Shown here: piece after piece, positions 22,411 through 34,399 of the stretch
Numbering within the stretch: the stretch's first letter is position 1
Layout of the letters: every line of letters starts with the position of its first letter
Assembly (NCBI GenBank): GCA_026770705.1
Contig: JANJGN010000026.1
Location: forward strand, 38,626,001 to 38,690,000
DNA: 64,000 bases
Origin: Isurus oxyrinchus
Lineage: Eukaryota
Direction of reading: 5' to 3'
Made by a program: the position numbers and the translations under genes
Notes under the pieces: generated by a model
What the model was told of the DNA's origin: nothing
Seen by the model: only the letters and a program-made list of their open reading frames with translations
The model's database searches: none

Positions 22411-25400
22411 AATAAGATACAGAGTAATTTCTTCCTCTGCATTGTCTAATCAAATAGGTCAAGGACTGCGACAGCACAGAATAACATAGGATAAAACTCT
22501 CTCTGCATTGCCTAACCGATCACTCCCAAGACAGAAACATCACTGGCTTAAAATCGACCAAATCTCCTTCGACAGTCTGTCTGTCATTTCTGAACTGTCC
22601 TTTCTGACTGTCACAATGGGTTGGGCATCTCATTTCTGAGGCGCCTGGTCAAAAATCAAACTTTCATATTTCTCACAAATACAAGTTTTGTGAAGAAATA
22701 AATCGAACTGCACTTCCTGAAATACAGGAGAGCGAACCAGAAGGTTAACAACCAGCCAGGAAGATTCCTGGTCCCAGCACAGTGACCATGCACACAGAAA
22801 CAGAACAGACACAAACGGTGCAACAATCGAGTTCCCAGCAGATAGATCTGTTCAATCTGTCCATTTCATTCAAGCTGTTTGATTCCAATTGATCAACAGT
22901 CAACTTGTTACAATTATTCTATAACTTCTTTCAAATTAAACTGATTTTCATTTCAAAACTCCCTTTGAAGTCCATTTAATTCTCCGTCTGACTCAAATCT
23001 CCAAACAATGTACGATTTAATTTACCCTGAAATTGAGCACAGCAAATACTACAGATTCAAGATAATTAGTTGTCCGTAATAAAGACTCAATGACAGGGTA
23101 AGAATTAAATAAATCAGGAAACATTCACATTGAAAACCGATTACACACTGATATCTTTTGATTTTAGGTATAAATATAACCAATAAAAACATCAAGGCGA
23201 AACACATTATCGAGCTGAGCACAGCTGAGTAAGAAAAGTATTCTTTTCTGAATTCATTTTGGATACAATTAAAAATTCTCTCCACCCTTTGAGATTTTGC
23301 ATTCACTATAATGTCCAGTACACTATTTAATTGTTGGAGTTCATTTATGTTGAATTAATTATCACTAATATTATATTGTAAGTTAATTATCTTGTTATTG
23401 TCAATTCATTTTCTTGTTAGCTGATTTCTACTTTATAATAAAAATAGTTTTCAATGATTGAAAATTTGTTTCTCCTTGGTACTTTGTGAAATAATTGAGG
23501 TTTATTTAAATCAACCTTACACTGAAACAATGTTAAACAATAAACTTCAAATTACTAGATGGTAACATTCAGGCAAGTATACCAATTTTACTTAAATCTG
23601 ATCAATATTTATTATTGTATTTTTACTTCTCCTGCTCTGTTTTAACGGACAAAATTTTAAACTATGCGTTTCTGAACAGATTGAGAAATCATAAGTTCCA
23701 TCTATTCTCATCAAGCAATTCACATGACGAATTTATGAGCTGAATATTTGAAACACTTTCAAATCTGACCGGGGTCACATCGCATTAACTGTCGATGAGG
23801 TGTAATATCATCTGTTTACTGAATTAATCTTGTCTTAACTCCAAGCTACATGTAAACAAATCTTCCTGGCAGTTACTTATTATCAATAAAAGTGCTTCCT
23901 AGATAACAATCCCTATAATTTAATTGTTAATTATATTATTCACTGAACGAAGATCCAAATTGATCAGTATAAAACTTGATGAGAACAATTCATTCAGATC
24001 ATCTGCACCACTGAAATATAACTGGCAAATTGATTCCAGATTTTGTCCTTCAAGTTAATATTTAATAAGAATTAAGCATGAATCTCAGATATAATCTGTT
24101 CTTCTCCTATAATTCTATTCTGTGCACAGCACAGCAATAGGAGACAGGATGTTGTTATTAAGTTCAAAACTTATACTAATGTTTGCAATTAAATTAACCT
24201 GTTCGAATTTCAAGCTTTTACTTGTCAATCTCTATTCAAATGCAGTCTGCACCTTCCTACAGTTCAAAAAATGTAAGAACAATTCCTTTACTGCCAGCGA
24301 ATTACACCCCCCCCCCCCCCGTAAACTGTTTAAAATTAGATTAGTGACAATTATCTCGCTATCCAAATCCCAATGACATTGAAGGAATAATATGGTTATG
24401 GCTGCACAGAAAGAATGTAATAACCGGATAGACATATTGCCAAACAGCAATGTCAAACTCTTCTTTAAGTCAATGCAAATGTTATCAGGGATATAAAAAA
24501 GTAATTCAAAATCTCTTTTGAAACTGAACAATTTTGTAGTCAATATATTCTTACTGAAATGTTTTCAACCATAATCACAAAATGTTTCCAGCCTAAAAAC
24601 TTTCCCGATCATGTTAGTTGCGCGCAGAGCACAGCAGAGTTGTGAAAGGCGATTAATGATCAATTAGGTTAATATGAAAGCTGTTCCGTCAATATGGAGA
24701 AATATTACCACATTATAATTGTTTGAATTGTATTAATTTTACTCTACAATTTGAAAACTTGGTAATTATATAGTTTCTGATTGCAGTAACGAATTATGTT
24801 CTGAATGAGCGTCATAATCCATGGTTTAGTTTAATCTGCAATTACCACTTAAAATAAAGACAAAATGTCCTAACACATTTTAAACGCTTTTTTTCCATTT
24901 CTGAAACCTGTTTGTTTTCTGCATACAATCGCGCTTCAAGCAGATACAAACGCGTAGGCTGCTTCAATTCAATCGCAAAACGTGTAACCGCTCAATGTCA
25001 CCGAGTTTAAACAAAGCAGAAACAATGCAGAACCGCCAAACCGTTTCATAAATTCTACTTGTTCAAAGTCACCCAGACACACAATCTCCTCAGCAGAAAA
25101 TACACCAAAATCACATCACTGAGGGGCTGAAACCCATTTCATGGAGAATCAGCTCAATTCTACAAACACTTCCAACAGAATTCATCGTAACATTGCAAGA
25201 AAATCTCAATATCGAATCCAGACAACCGCTCGTCACCAAATGAATGAATAATTAAACTAAACAGAAATATGAAATAATGTCAACAGCATTCTGAGTAGGC
25301 GGAACATGTTCAATAAATTAATATTAAAACTTAAGCATATTTGCTAAAATTGGGTTTGATTTCAAATCTATTTAAACCCTTGTGCAACAGATGGTAAAAC

Positions 25401-25734
25401 CCGCAGCCATTAGATGTCACCGAGATTAAACAATGCAGAAACGTCAAACTGTTTTCACAAACGTTAGATATTTCAAGTAGCCCGGCCACACAGTATCCTC
25501 AGCAGGTAAACACCAAATCACAACGACCAAAATCTCAATCCATCAGCAGCACTTGTTATCAAGACACAGCGGAATTATATAACTCAATTTCACAGAATCA
25601 CATGAAACATTGTAAAAATTCTGCATACAGAATCCACCAAACCCAGGTTTCATTGGCTGAATGAATTGTTAAGATAGACAAAAATGTAAAGCAAAGATCA
25701 AATAAAAGTTACTAAATAAATGTGTGGTTCTTAC

Positions 25735-25782
25735 CTGCAGTCACTGTTATCATGGTCCCTTTCCCCCAGTAGCCCATAGCGT
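25735..25782 (-). CDS. IGHJ: JH segment
   Basis: Encodes AMGYWGKGTMITVTA (WGxG motif) and ends at a GTAAG donor (25734). Preceded by a 23-RSS. Confidence 0.97.
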
Positions 25783-25821
25783 CACAGTGTTACATTCCCT
25801 GGGCTGTGCCATACAATAACT
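25783..25821 (+). other. JH 23-RSS
   Basis: CACAGTG (25783-25789), 23-nt spacer, ACAATAACT (25813-25821). Confidence 0.94.
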
Positions 25822-26150
25822 GTCCCTGCACGAAAAAGACAGAAATCCATCATTATTTTAAATATTCATAAGTCAGGGGCAAAATAATATCACGATGAAT
25901 CTTCACGAAATTATATTTGCGTATGTGGATATCTTTAGCTATTTAACAATGATCATCATGTTTTATAATTCACGGAATAACACATAAACATTTTATTGAA
26001 TTCACCAACTGATGAATGCATAATTATCACAACTTTTCCATCTTAAACCATGTTTTTTGGGCGGTACTGGGTAGAAATAATACTTCATTGTAAATATAGC
26101 AGGATTGTAAAAGCGAGCACTGAACCTGGCAGACTCAATTAGTGCTGAGG

Positions 26151-26219
26151 GGTTTTTGTATTCTTAGTAACTGCTGTGCCACCCAGTATATCACAGCGAG
26201 ACACATCATGTGAAATACT
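26151..26219 (-). other. DH2 segment (core 26179-26191, ATATACTGGGTGG) with 12/12 RSS
   Basis: Plus strand reads GGTTTTTGT-12nt-TGCTGTG-[13 nt]-CACAGCG-12nt-TGAAATACT (degenerate nonamer). All frames are open (IYWV/YTGW/ILG). Confidence 0.92.
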
Positions 26220-26529
26220 GCGGCAGACTGTTCACTGTAAATGCAGAGATTTAATTTCACTGCGCTCACAAAAACCTGATTCCGACACGCCTAAGAGTGA
26301 ATCAGTGAGATATTTCAGCTTGTGCTGGTCATTATATTTATAAATATGATTGGAGTTCTTTAAAAGCCTCTGTGAAGATTTATCGTGTCCGTAAACACAA
26401 ACAAAGCAGAAGACTTTTATATATTTTTGCAAGCCAATATTACTTATACCCATTATTTTATTTAGCTCCTATTTTCTTTGACTTTTCCTGTTGTGATCGT
26501 GATCACCAATTTGAACAAACTCCTTCTGA

Positions 26530-26609
26530 GGTTTTTGTATGAGGATGTCGCTGTCCACAGCACTGTGATCCCCTGTCGTATCACAGTGAAATACACCCGC
26601 ACAAAAACT
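26530..26609 (-). other. DH1 segment (core 26568-26581, ATACGACAGGGGAT) with 12-RSS on the V side and 22-RSS on the J side
   Basis: Plus strand reads GGTTTTTGT-22nt-CACTGTG-[14 nt]-CACAGTG-12nt-ACAAAAACT. All three D frames are open (IRQG/YDRG/TTGD). Confidence 0.96.
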
Positions 26610-26977
26610 GCACCCACACTCTGATCAGTGCTGCCTCTCAATATTCACTTCAAATAGACGTTTACTCCTGATCTAGTTTAGTATTTATGCAGCAATTTAC
26701 AAAACTCAATGAACAGTGATCCCTACAGGTATTAGACATATTCAAATGAACATTATATCCAGGTTTGTAATTGCGGAAACTGTTAACAGTAAATATAAAC
26801 ACAGCCGAAGTTCAGCCCATGATATCGATTGTTTTGTTAGGATTTACTGTTAAATTTGCTGTTTTACTTTTGTCAGAAGCGACTTGTTGTCGGCTTTTGA
26901 TCATAACAGTTAACAATATATTTAAAACAAGTACTGACCGTCAGGTTATGATGGAAGTTGCTGAGTTTCCTTCGATC

Positions 26978-27016
26978 TGTTCTTGTTCGGGTCCAGCCCT
27001 GGTTCCTCTCGCTGTG
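26978..27016 (-). other. VH 3' recombination signal sequence, 23-bp spacer
   Basis: Heptamer CACAGCG (27016-27010), 23-nt spacer, nonamer ACAAGAACA (26986-26978). Confidence 0.95.
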
Positions 27017-27322
27017 ACTTTCTTGCACAGTAATAGATGGCGGTGTCTTCAGTCTTCAGGCTCGTCATGTCCAAGGAGAAGATGTTTCTTGAAGTGTCTT
27101 TGGACGCAGTAAATCGATTTTTAATTGCTGGGGCATAGTAGTTGCTGGATGAACTATAGTACCAAAGCAGCCACTCCAACCCTTGTCCGGGAACCTGTCG
27201 GACCCAGTACATGCTGTAGCTGCCAAGATCGAAGCCGCTGGTTTTACAGGTCAGTCTCAGGGAACCTCCGGGACGCCCGGTCTCTGCCTCTGGCTGAGTC
27301 AACACAACCTCCGACTGGACAC
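27017..27322 (-). CDS. IGHV: Germline VH segment (shark IgM type), open reading frame
   Basis: After the acceptor ttctacag: [101 protein letters not shown]. Both Cys, WVRQ, GLEW and YYCAR are present, and an RSS follows directly. Confidence 0.98.
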
Positions 27323-27448
27323 CTGTAGAAATATATCAAAAACCCCGAGGATTAATCCTGGTGAAATGATTCCTGACTCTGTCACATTCCAGAGAGATTA
27401 ACTCTGAGACAGTAATAGTGAGAGACTTGAAGAATGAAAACTACTCAC

Positions 27449-27506
27449 GGGATAAGAAAGTCAGCAAGAAACTGAGAGAAATCGCCGACCTCATCCTTCT
27501 GGTCAT
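27449..27506 (-). CDS. IGHV: IgM heavy chain leader (signal peptide) exon
   Basis: Two in-frame ATGs (27506, 27494) give (MTRR)MRSAISLSFLLTFLS, a hydrophobic leader. GTGAGT donor at 27443-27448, phase 1, matches the V exon acceptor. Confidence 0.93.
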
Positions 27507-27583
27507 TTGGGGAAAATGGTTCTGTCCAGAACTCAGTGAACAAACCAGCTCCCGGACTGTTGGATTCCGGCTCCAGTGAGCGA

Positions 27584-27613
27584 TATTTAAATACCCGGCA
27601 GAAGGGGGCGGGT
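27584..27613 (-). promoter_or_regulatory. VH core promoter: TATA-like box and GC box
   Basis: Palindromic TATTTAAATA at 27584-27593, ~80 nt upstream of the first ATG, and GGGGGCGGG at ~27604-27612. No canonical ATGCAAAT octamer seen nearby. Confidence 0.65.
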
Positions 27614-29419
27614 TTCCAGGCGCCGCCTGTTGATTCCCTGGTGGAGGCGGTGAATGGATCCACGCCCCTCCTTCCACACCCCCAACAGAATAGACTCAGA
27701 TATTTACAATAGGTTATTGTTAAAAGTGGATATCGGGATATTTGGCTGAATGGATTCATTGGAATGCATCCATTGGTTCCAATGGTGAAATTCCAGTTGA
27801 ACATCTGTTAATAAAAAAAACTAATTCCATTGATAATTAAGTCAATTTATTTCTACACTACATCACAAGGGATGGAACCTAAAAAAATAAATTATATTAT
27901 CAGGGAATAAAGGGAATGTCAGTCTGTTTTGCAGCAACTCCGGGTCTCTATCTCATTACCACAATAAAGTGTCATCAGTCATAGGAATTATTATTGATTT
28001 GTGTAACTAAATGCGGGGGATGAACAAGGTGATTCTATTTACAGCCAGGGGGGCTATCGCTGTACAATTTGGGTCCGGAGATAAGAAGAATCTCCTCACA
28101 TTATACAATGTCCCTCCTCGCATTTCTCTAACTGCCCCTGACCCTAAGACAGCCCTGTGAAAATTAGCAGCAAAAAAAGCCCACCTGCCTGATAATTAAA
28201 CAGTGAGTTTACAGAGAAACGTAAAATTTACATCAATTTTTGACGGAGAAGTTAATGAATCAGAACGGACACGGAGATCAGCAAAGTTATCCTTCAGAAT
28301 TCAAATCATTGCAGCTAATTTTATTGGCCTCCCGCTGTCTACCATTCACTGGTATTGGGAACACAGGATATCAGCACTTTGCGGCATATTACACAACATC
28401 ACAAGAATAAATGTTTTATCTTCCACTGAAGCGGGTCATGAACTGGTTATTTCTCCACTCATTGGCAGCAATGAGAGGGACTGTTAAATATTCGAAATCA
28501 GCACAAATTAAACTATACAGTACAGGGTGCTAATCGGGTATAAGTGATCCCTCAGGTTAATTAAGGTGCACAACTCGGGGAATATTCAAGGAATTCCTGC
28601 GGGTTCAAGACAATTCTATGGTTTTCTTTTAATTTAATTTCTTTTTTTTTGCCATTCTACTCAAATCATTAGACTGGGGGATTGGGACCATCAACATCGC
28701 TCTCTCGCACTTCATGAAGTTCTTAATAAACAGGCTTTAATAACTGGAATGTCCTTTACTTAGCAATAGTATAAATTAAATAGTATACGGCCAATTTCCT
28801 GATCGTGTTTAACCTCAGTGAACACGGCATTCATTAAAATATTTCCTTAGATGAAATGCCATTTAAAATGTGTCCTTCGTGTGCGACTGAAACATTTATT
28901 GTTTGAATGGCTAAATCCCATTTTGTTCATTCATATCCAGGCTAATCTGCCCCACGCAGTATTTGGCAGCAAGCCAGCCGGCTGCAGTCAGGGACGCTCG
29001 AATGTGCAATGTTGTTTACAGGAAGCATCTGTGAGTTTGTGGAGTAAATGAAAGATCTGTTTCCTCAGCACTGACCGCTTGGCTGCAAGCCAACTTCAAA
29101 CTCTTAACTCTTGACACTTGGCAACAAGGCCTATTTATAACAAATCTACCCAGCAACGACACTGGAGTCAGCTTTATTATTTTAAATTGTGAACTTATGT
29201 GGACTGTGCCCAGCTCTCAGGAAAGAAAAGTTATCCAGCTTCTCTGATACTCTCTCATCATCACTGGCTCATTGGAGGATCTCTCCAACACACCATAATA
29301 TTGTGGTGAATGGATGGATGGAAAGAATTACAGGCAGATTATCAGAGAGGACTCAGAGAGAGGATACATTTTGTCACAGTCAAACATATACATTTGTGTG
29401 ATTTTTTTTGCCCCTTTAC

Positions 29420-29810
29420 TTTTTCACGGGATGTGGGAGTCACTGGCAAGGCCAGCATTTGTTGCTTCTCCCTAATTGCCTTTGAACTGAGTGCCTTGCT
29501 GGGCCATTTCAGAGGGCAGGTAGAGTCCACCATATTTCTATGGATCTGGAGTCACATGTAGGCCTGACTAGGTCCAGTGACAGATTTCCTTTCCAAAAGG
29601 ACATTAGTGAACCAGATGAGTTTTTTTCCACAATCGTTGATAGCTTCATGGTTCCGCTCACTGAGACCAGTTTTCAATCCCAGGTTTATTGTTGAATTTA
29701 AATTCCACTCGCTGCCATGGCGGGATTTGAATTCGTGTCCCCAGGAGAATAGCTTAGGTCTCTGGATTACTCGTCCAGTGACATGAATACAACACCACCA
29801 TCTGCCAAAG
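29420..29810 (-). mobile_element. Shark SINE
   Basis: Reverse complement of the SINE core and tail seen at 7650-8100 and 33290-33530. Confidence 0.75.
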
Positions 29811-30589
29811 AATGGAGGGATGTTGCAGAGATGCGGGAATGAATGATGGTTGGATGCCTGAACATTTTTATGAAAGGAACAGTGAATGAATTGATCGATG
29901 TATCGAAAGGCGCATCTGGACATACTGTTTTACCTTCTCATCTTGGTGCTTGACTACTCCATACCTTGAAGCAGGTCCAGCTTTTCATTTGTATCAATCT
30001 AATACCTTCAGTCCCTCCGGATTTTCTGGATGTATTCCATCCCCAGGGTATCGAGCTGAACGTCACCAAGAAGGCTGGAGATGTCCCTGTGGTACTGATG
30101 ATTCTTCCCTGCTGATGGGGAATCATTATCTTTAAGACAGAAAGCGGGTACATAATTCGGTTTAGGATGGAGGATTGTAATATTTGGAACATGTGGTCCT
30201 TTCATGTAAAACAAAGCATTCAGCATATCCTCACCCAAATTAGGGAGGGTAACGGGCATTAGTCACTGGAGAGCCGCATTAACTTTCAGTCAGGCCCAGG
30301 TAGTTTTATTTATACCATTACTTTACAAATCCTCACACACTCCAGTTACATTTCAGGAGTTTCTGTGTGATGATGAGGTGATTACTTGTCAATACAGCGC
30401 AGAGGCTGCTGGGTAGCTGCTCATTATCCTCGGTCTGATTTAATTCCATTTCCCACTGAATTCTGGGACAGATGTGATTCCTCACTGACAGAATGGTCAA
30501 TGTGATCTCAATAAATGTTAACGATATTAAATGAATCGCAGTTACATTTTGTATGGAATAAAATACTGAAAATGCTTGGTTCATGCAAT

Positions 30590-30840
30590 TGTTAATATTT
30601 GTGAATGGATGATAATTGCTGAATATAATTATTTGTCTTGTGAATTGATGGTAATTGGTGAATATAATTTATCTTTGTGGATTGATGATAGTTGGTGAAT
30701 ATTATTATTTATCTTTGTGAATGGATGCCATTTGGTGAATATACTTATTTATCTTTGTGAATTGATGATAATTCTTGAAGATAATTATTTACCTTCGTGA
30801 GTTGATAATAATTGGTGTTGATAATTATTTATCTTTCTCA
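30590..30840. repeat. AT-rich ~40-bp tandem repeat (GTGAATTGATGATAATTGGTGAATATAATTATTTATCTTT)
   Basis: 6-7 visible copies. Confidence 0.88.
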
Positions 30841-30849
30841 GCCTTTACA

Positions 30850-32370
30850 ATCTTCTTCTACTCTGCTGAAAGATAAGATCCGTTCCACAGGAGGTGAATG
30901 ATGCAAAAATCACCACACTATCTGAAAACAAAGCCGACAGGTGAGACTGCAACAACTACAGGGACATCTCATTCATAGAGTAACGGGGAAGGCCTTTGCT
31001 CAGGTCATGCTTTAAAGACTTCATCTGGTTGCAGGCTGAAGCACAATTTGATGTTTTTAACTGAAGCTATACTCTGGACATGATTTGCTCCACACACTGG
31101 ACACCATCAGCAGAACAGGACTCTACAAGGCATTTGGGAAAATTGGCTGTTCACCAAAGCGCCTCAGTCTCATTCACTCCTTCCATGAAAACATGCACTG
31201 CACTGTACAGATTGATGATTCCACATCCGACAGATTCGGAGTGAAGACTGGAGTGAAAAATACCCGTGTCCAATCCTCACTCTGTTGGGCACCTTCTACA
31301 TGCTGCTGATCTTTGTCTTCCCTGTAAATATGGAAGGAGTCGACTTACGCACTCGATCAGACCACAAGCTCCACGATCTATAAGTCGAAAGCGAAGACAT
31401 GATCACATTGAATCTTGAGCAGAGAATTCCTCCACGCTGATAACCGTGTCATCAAAACGGAAACTCATCCACAAAGACTGATGAGCTGACGCTCCCATGC
31501 CTGTAACTTGTTCTCCCTGACTATAAGCATGGAGAAAACCGTGGTCATGGGATAAGGTATTGTATTTCCGTCATTGATCACACTAAATAAAAAACCGATG
31601 GAAGTAAATTCTGCTCCCTGGGTTCCAAGGTGACAGGCAGCCTTTTCCTTGCTGCAGAACTTGATACCCGTATGGGGAAAGCAGCTGCCACCTTTGGCTG
31701 ACTCGTGAAACGCCCCTGGAATAACATCAAACTGGCCCTTAGGACCAAGCTGATGGTTTATAAGGCCTGCGTTCTCAGCACCTTTCTCTATGGCTGTGAA
31801 ACATAAATGAATTACAGTTATCAAGAAAAGAAGCCCCACAATTTCCATCTTCACTGCCTGCTGAGCATTTTGGGTGTGTACTGGCAGGATAAAGTCACAA
31901 ATGCAGTGGTACTGTCAAAGGCAGAGCTCCCAAAACTCCAGAACTCATCAAACAGAAGCGGTTTTTGTGTCTTGGGAACGTTCGCAGGATGGAAGATGGT
32001 TACATACACAAGGACTTTCTGCATGGTGAGGGAGCCGGATGCAGACAACCAGTGGGATGCCCAAAGCTCCGCTTCAAGGATGCTAGAAGTGAAGGCCCTA
32101 AATATCGATTATCACAACTGAGTGTCCCTAACTGACGAGTGAGGAAAATGGTGACACCTCCTGTGGTTTGGCATGAACCACCACGTTGACCAGTGGCTAC
32201 AGTGGCTTGGTAATCCAGGCTAACACCGGGGAAAAAAAGAAGCCACAACGACATTTTCTAGCTTCATGTGCAGCACTTGTGGCAGAGACTGCCTCACAAC
32301 AATTGGCCTCCTTAGCAATCAGCACATCGGAAATGGCTTTGTTTCCATTGTGTGTCTGTGACATTTCATA
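30850..32370 (+). mobile_element. RTE-clade LINE fragment
   Basis: CNNYRDIS, DTISRTGLYKAFGKIGCSPKRLSLIHSFHENM...FGVKTGVK, TKLMVYKACVLSTFLYGCET, FHLHCLLSILGVYWQDKVTNAVVL. Confidence 0.85.
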
Positions 32371-32457
32371 GATGGAAGGTTGTCCAGGATCTTCGTGAAA
32401 TTCAGTTGCAAACAATGTGATTTGCTTATCCCTCTCTTTCGCTCCCTCCCAATCTCC

Positions 32458-32500
<43 letters not shown>

Positions 32501-33289
32501 CAAGATGGCATCTTGTGCTTCAACTTAAGATCGCACTTTGACTTCCTGGGAGGCTCCATAGCCTTTAACTGTTGAAGAAAATGACCCTAACTGTCTTTCA
32601 GGTGGTATCATGAACCAATAAACTCTTCCCAACACTATGTTCGTTGAGGTGGATATTAATGCTCCAATGGTCTCTATACAGCTCCCTGATCAACATCCCT
32701 CCCTTTGATCAAGATGAACAAAGTTACATCACCAGGAATTGGGCCGCTTTACTCTGGTGCTGACTTTCCCGTGTGCTAATCAGCCATCTCCACCTGCAAT
32801 TAGTTGAATTTTGTTAAATTTTGACACCACCTCCCACAGAAGGCGATGTGGTGTGACACCTGGGGAAGTGGATTCTTGATACAATAGTGTCAAAGACCTA
32901 ACATGACAGCGACATTTTCACAGTAGCTGCAATTGCAAAGTTTGGCCAGCAGATGGATGTGAAATCTTGATGGACACATTCTATGAAGCAGGCATTCTCT
33001 CAATTAACACTGCATTGGACCCACTCTCTGTCTATTTAAATTGAACTCCATCTATTTTTGTGTTAGACCAAACACTGTCTCTCTTTATGTTTCAAAGTAC
33101 CCTGTTTCAATTAATACTGCAACAATCAACACCAATATTTATATCACACAGTCTGGAGGTTCCCAGTACAAACCGATCGGATTTACCTTTGCCGTCCTGG
33201 CACATCCAGTTGTAAATGGTGGTAGACAAGTAAACAAATAACTGGAGAATGGGGTCCACAAAGCTGTGGCTCTGGAGTTATATGTATGG

Positions 33290-33790
33290 GAGATGGTGAT
33301 GTGCTGGTATTCTCACTGGGCTAGTAAATCGCTGGGGGTCTGGGTTTGAATCCCACCACGCCAGATGATGAAATTTGAATTGAAAAATCAAATGGTGACT
33401 ATGAAAACATTGTCGTAAAAACCCATCCTAACAAGCCGCACTGTTCTCAAAGGGGCAATTAGGGATGGGCAATAAATGCTGGCCTAGCCAGCGCCGCCCC
33501 CATTCTCATGAACGAACAAAAAAACAAACGTAGGTCAGACTGGGTCAGGACGGCAGATTTCCTTCCCTAAAGGGCATCGGTGAACCAGACGGATGTTTAA
33601 TATAACCGATTATAGTTTCATGGTCACCATTATTGAGATGAGCTTTCAATTCCAGATTTATTAATTGAATTTGGATTCCACATGCTGCCATAATGGGATT
33701 CAAACCTCTACCCCCAGGGAAAAGGCCTGGATCTCTGGGTTACTGATCCAGTGAAGTTCCCACGGCACGATCGTCCCTCCCATATTATAC
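33290..33790. mobile_element. Two shark SINE copies, tail-to-tail
   Basis: Plus copy 33290-33530 with a B box and the shared tail; minus copy 33530-33790. Confidence 0.72.
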
Positions 33791-34399
33791 AGGATCCTAG
33801 TTCGATTATTAATTCCCTGGGAACTACTTTATTTCTGTTGTGCTGGATCAGGCCTCTGTTTGTATGAAAATAGACCCTATCTCATTAATGTTCCACTGGA
33901 AGCCATCTCAGTTTGTATTGCACCGGATTCTTTCTCTGTTTATATTACACTAGGCCCTGTCTCTGTTTATGTTATATTAAATCTTGACTATGTCTACATT
34001 ATAGTGGTCATTGTAACTATGACACTAGGCTATGTTTCTGAGGAAGAATCATATGGAATCGAAACATTTAACTCTGTTTCTCTCTCCACAGATGCCGTCC
34101 AACCTGCTGAGTTTGTCCAGCATTTTCTGTCTTAATTTCAGATTTCCAGCATTTGCAGAATTTTGCTTTTATCTATGCCTCTGTTTAAATTAGAGCTGCA
34201 TTACTCCATGTTTCTGTGAGATGGAGAGATAATATTATAATAACTACATTAGGCTAGGAATCGGTATCTGAAAGGACGGTATCGGATCGGCAGCATATGC
34301 TACGCAGCACTTGATATTCATTTTCAGTGCAGTCAGCAGAATTAGATTTCAGATATACCTTCTTTTCCGGTGCCAAAGGCCAATTTCCCATCTATGGAG

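Noticed and set aside
25280-25380. Relic second JH within the post-J duplication
   Set aside because: No WGxG-coding sequence, RSS or donor at the equivalent position.
12418-27322. IgW or IgNAR identity
   Set aside because: Four C exons, a mu-type tailpiece, a conventional VH with WVRQ/GLEW and two D segments fit IgM. No extra C exons were seen, although the 168-N gap cannot be inspected.
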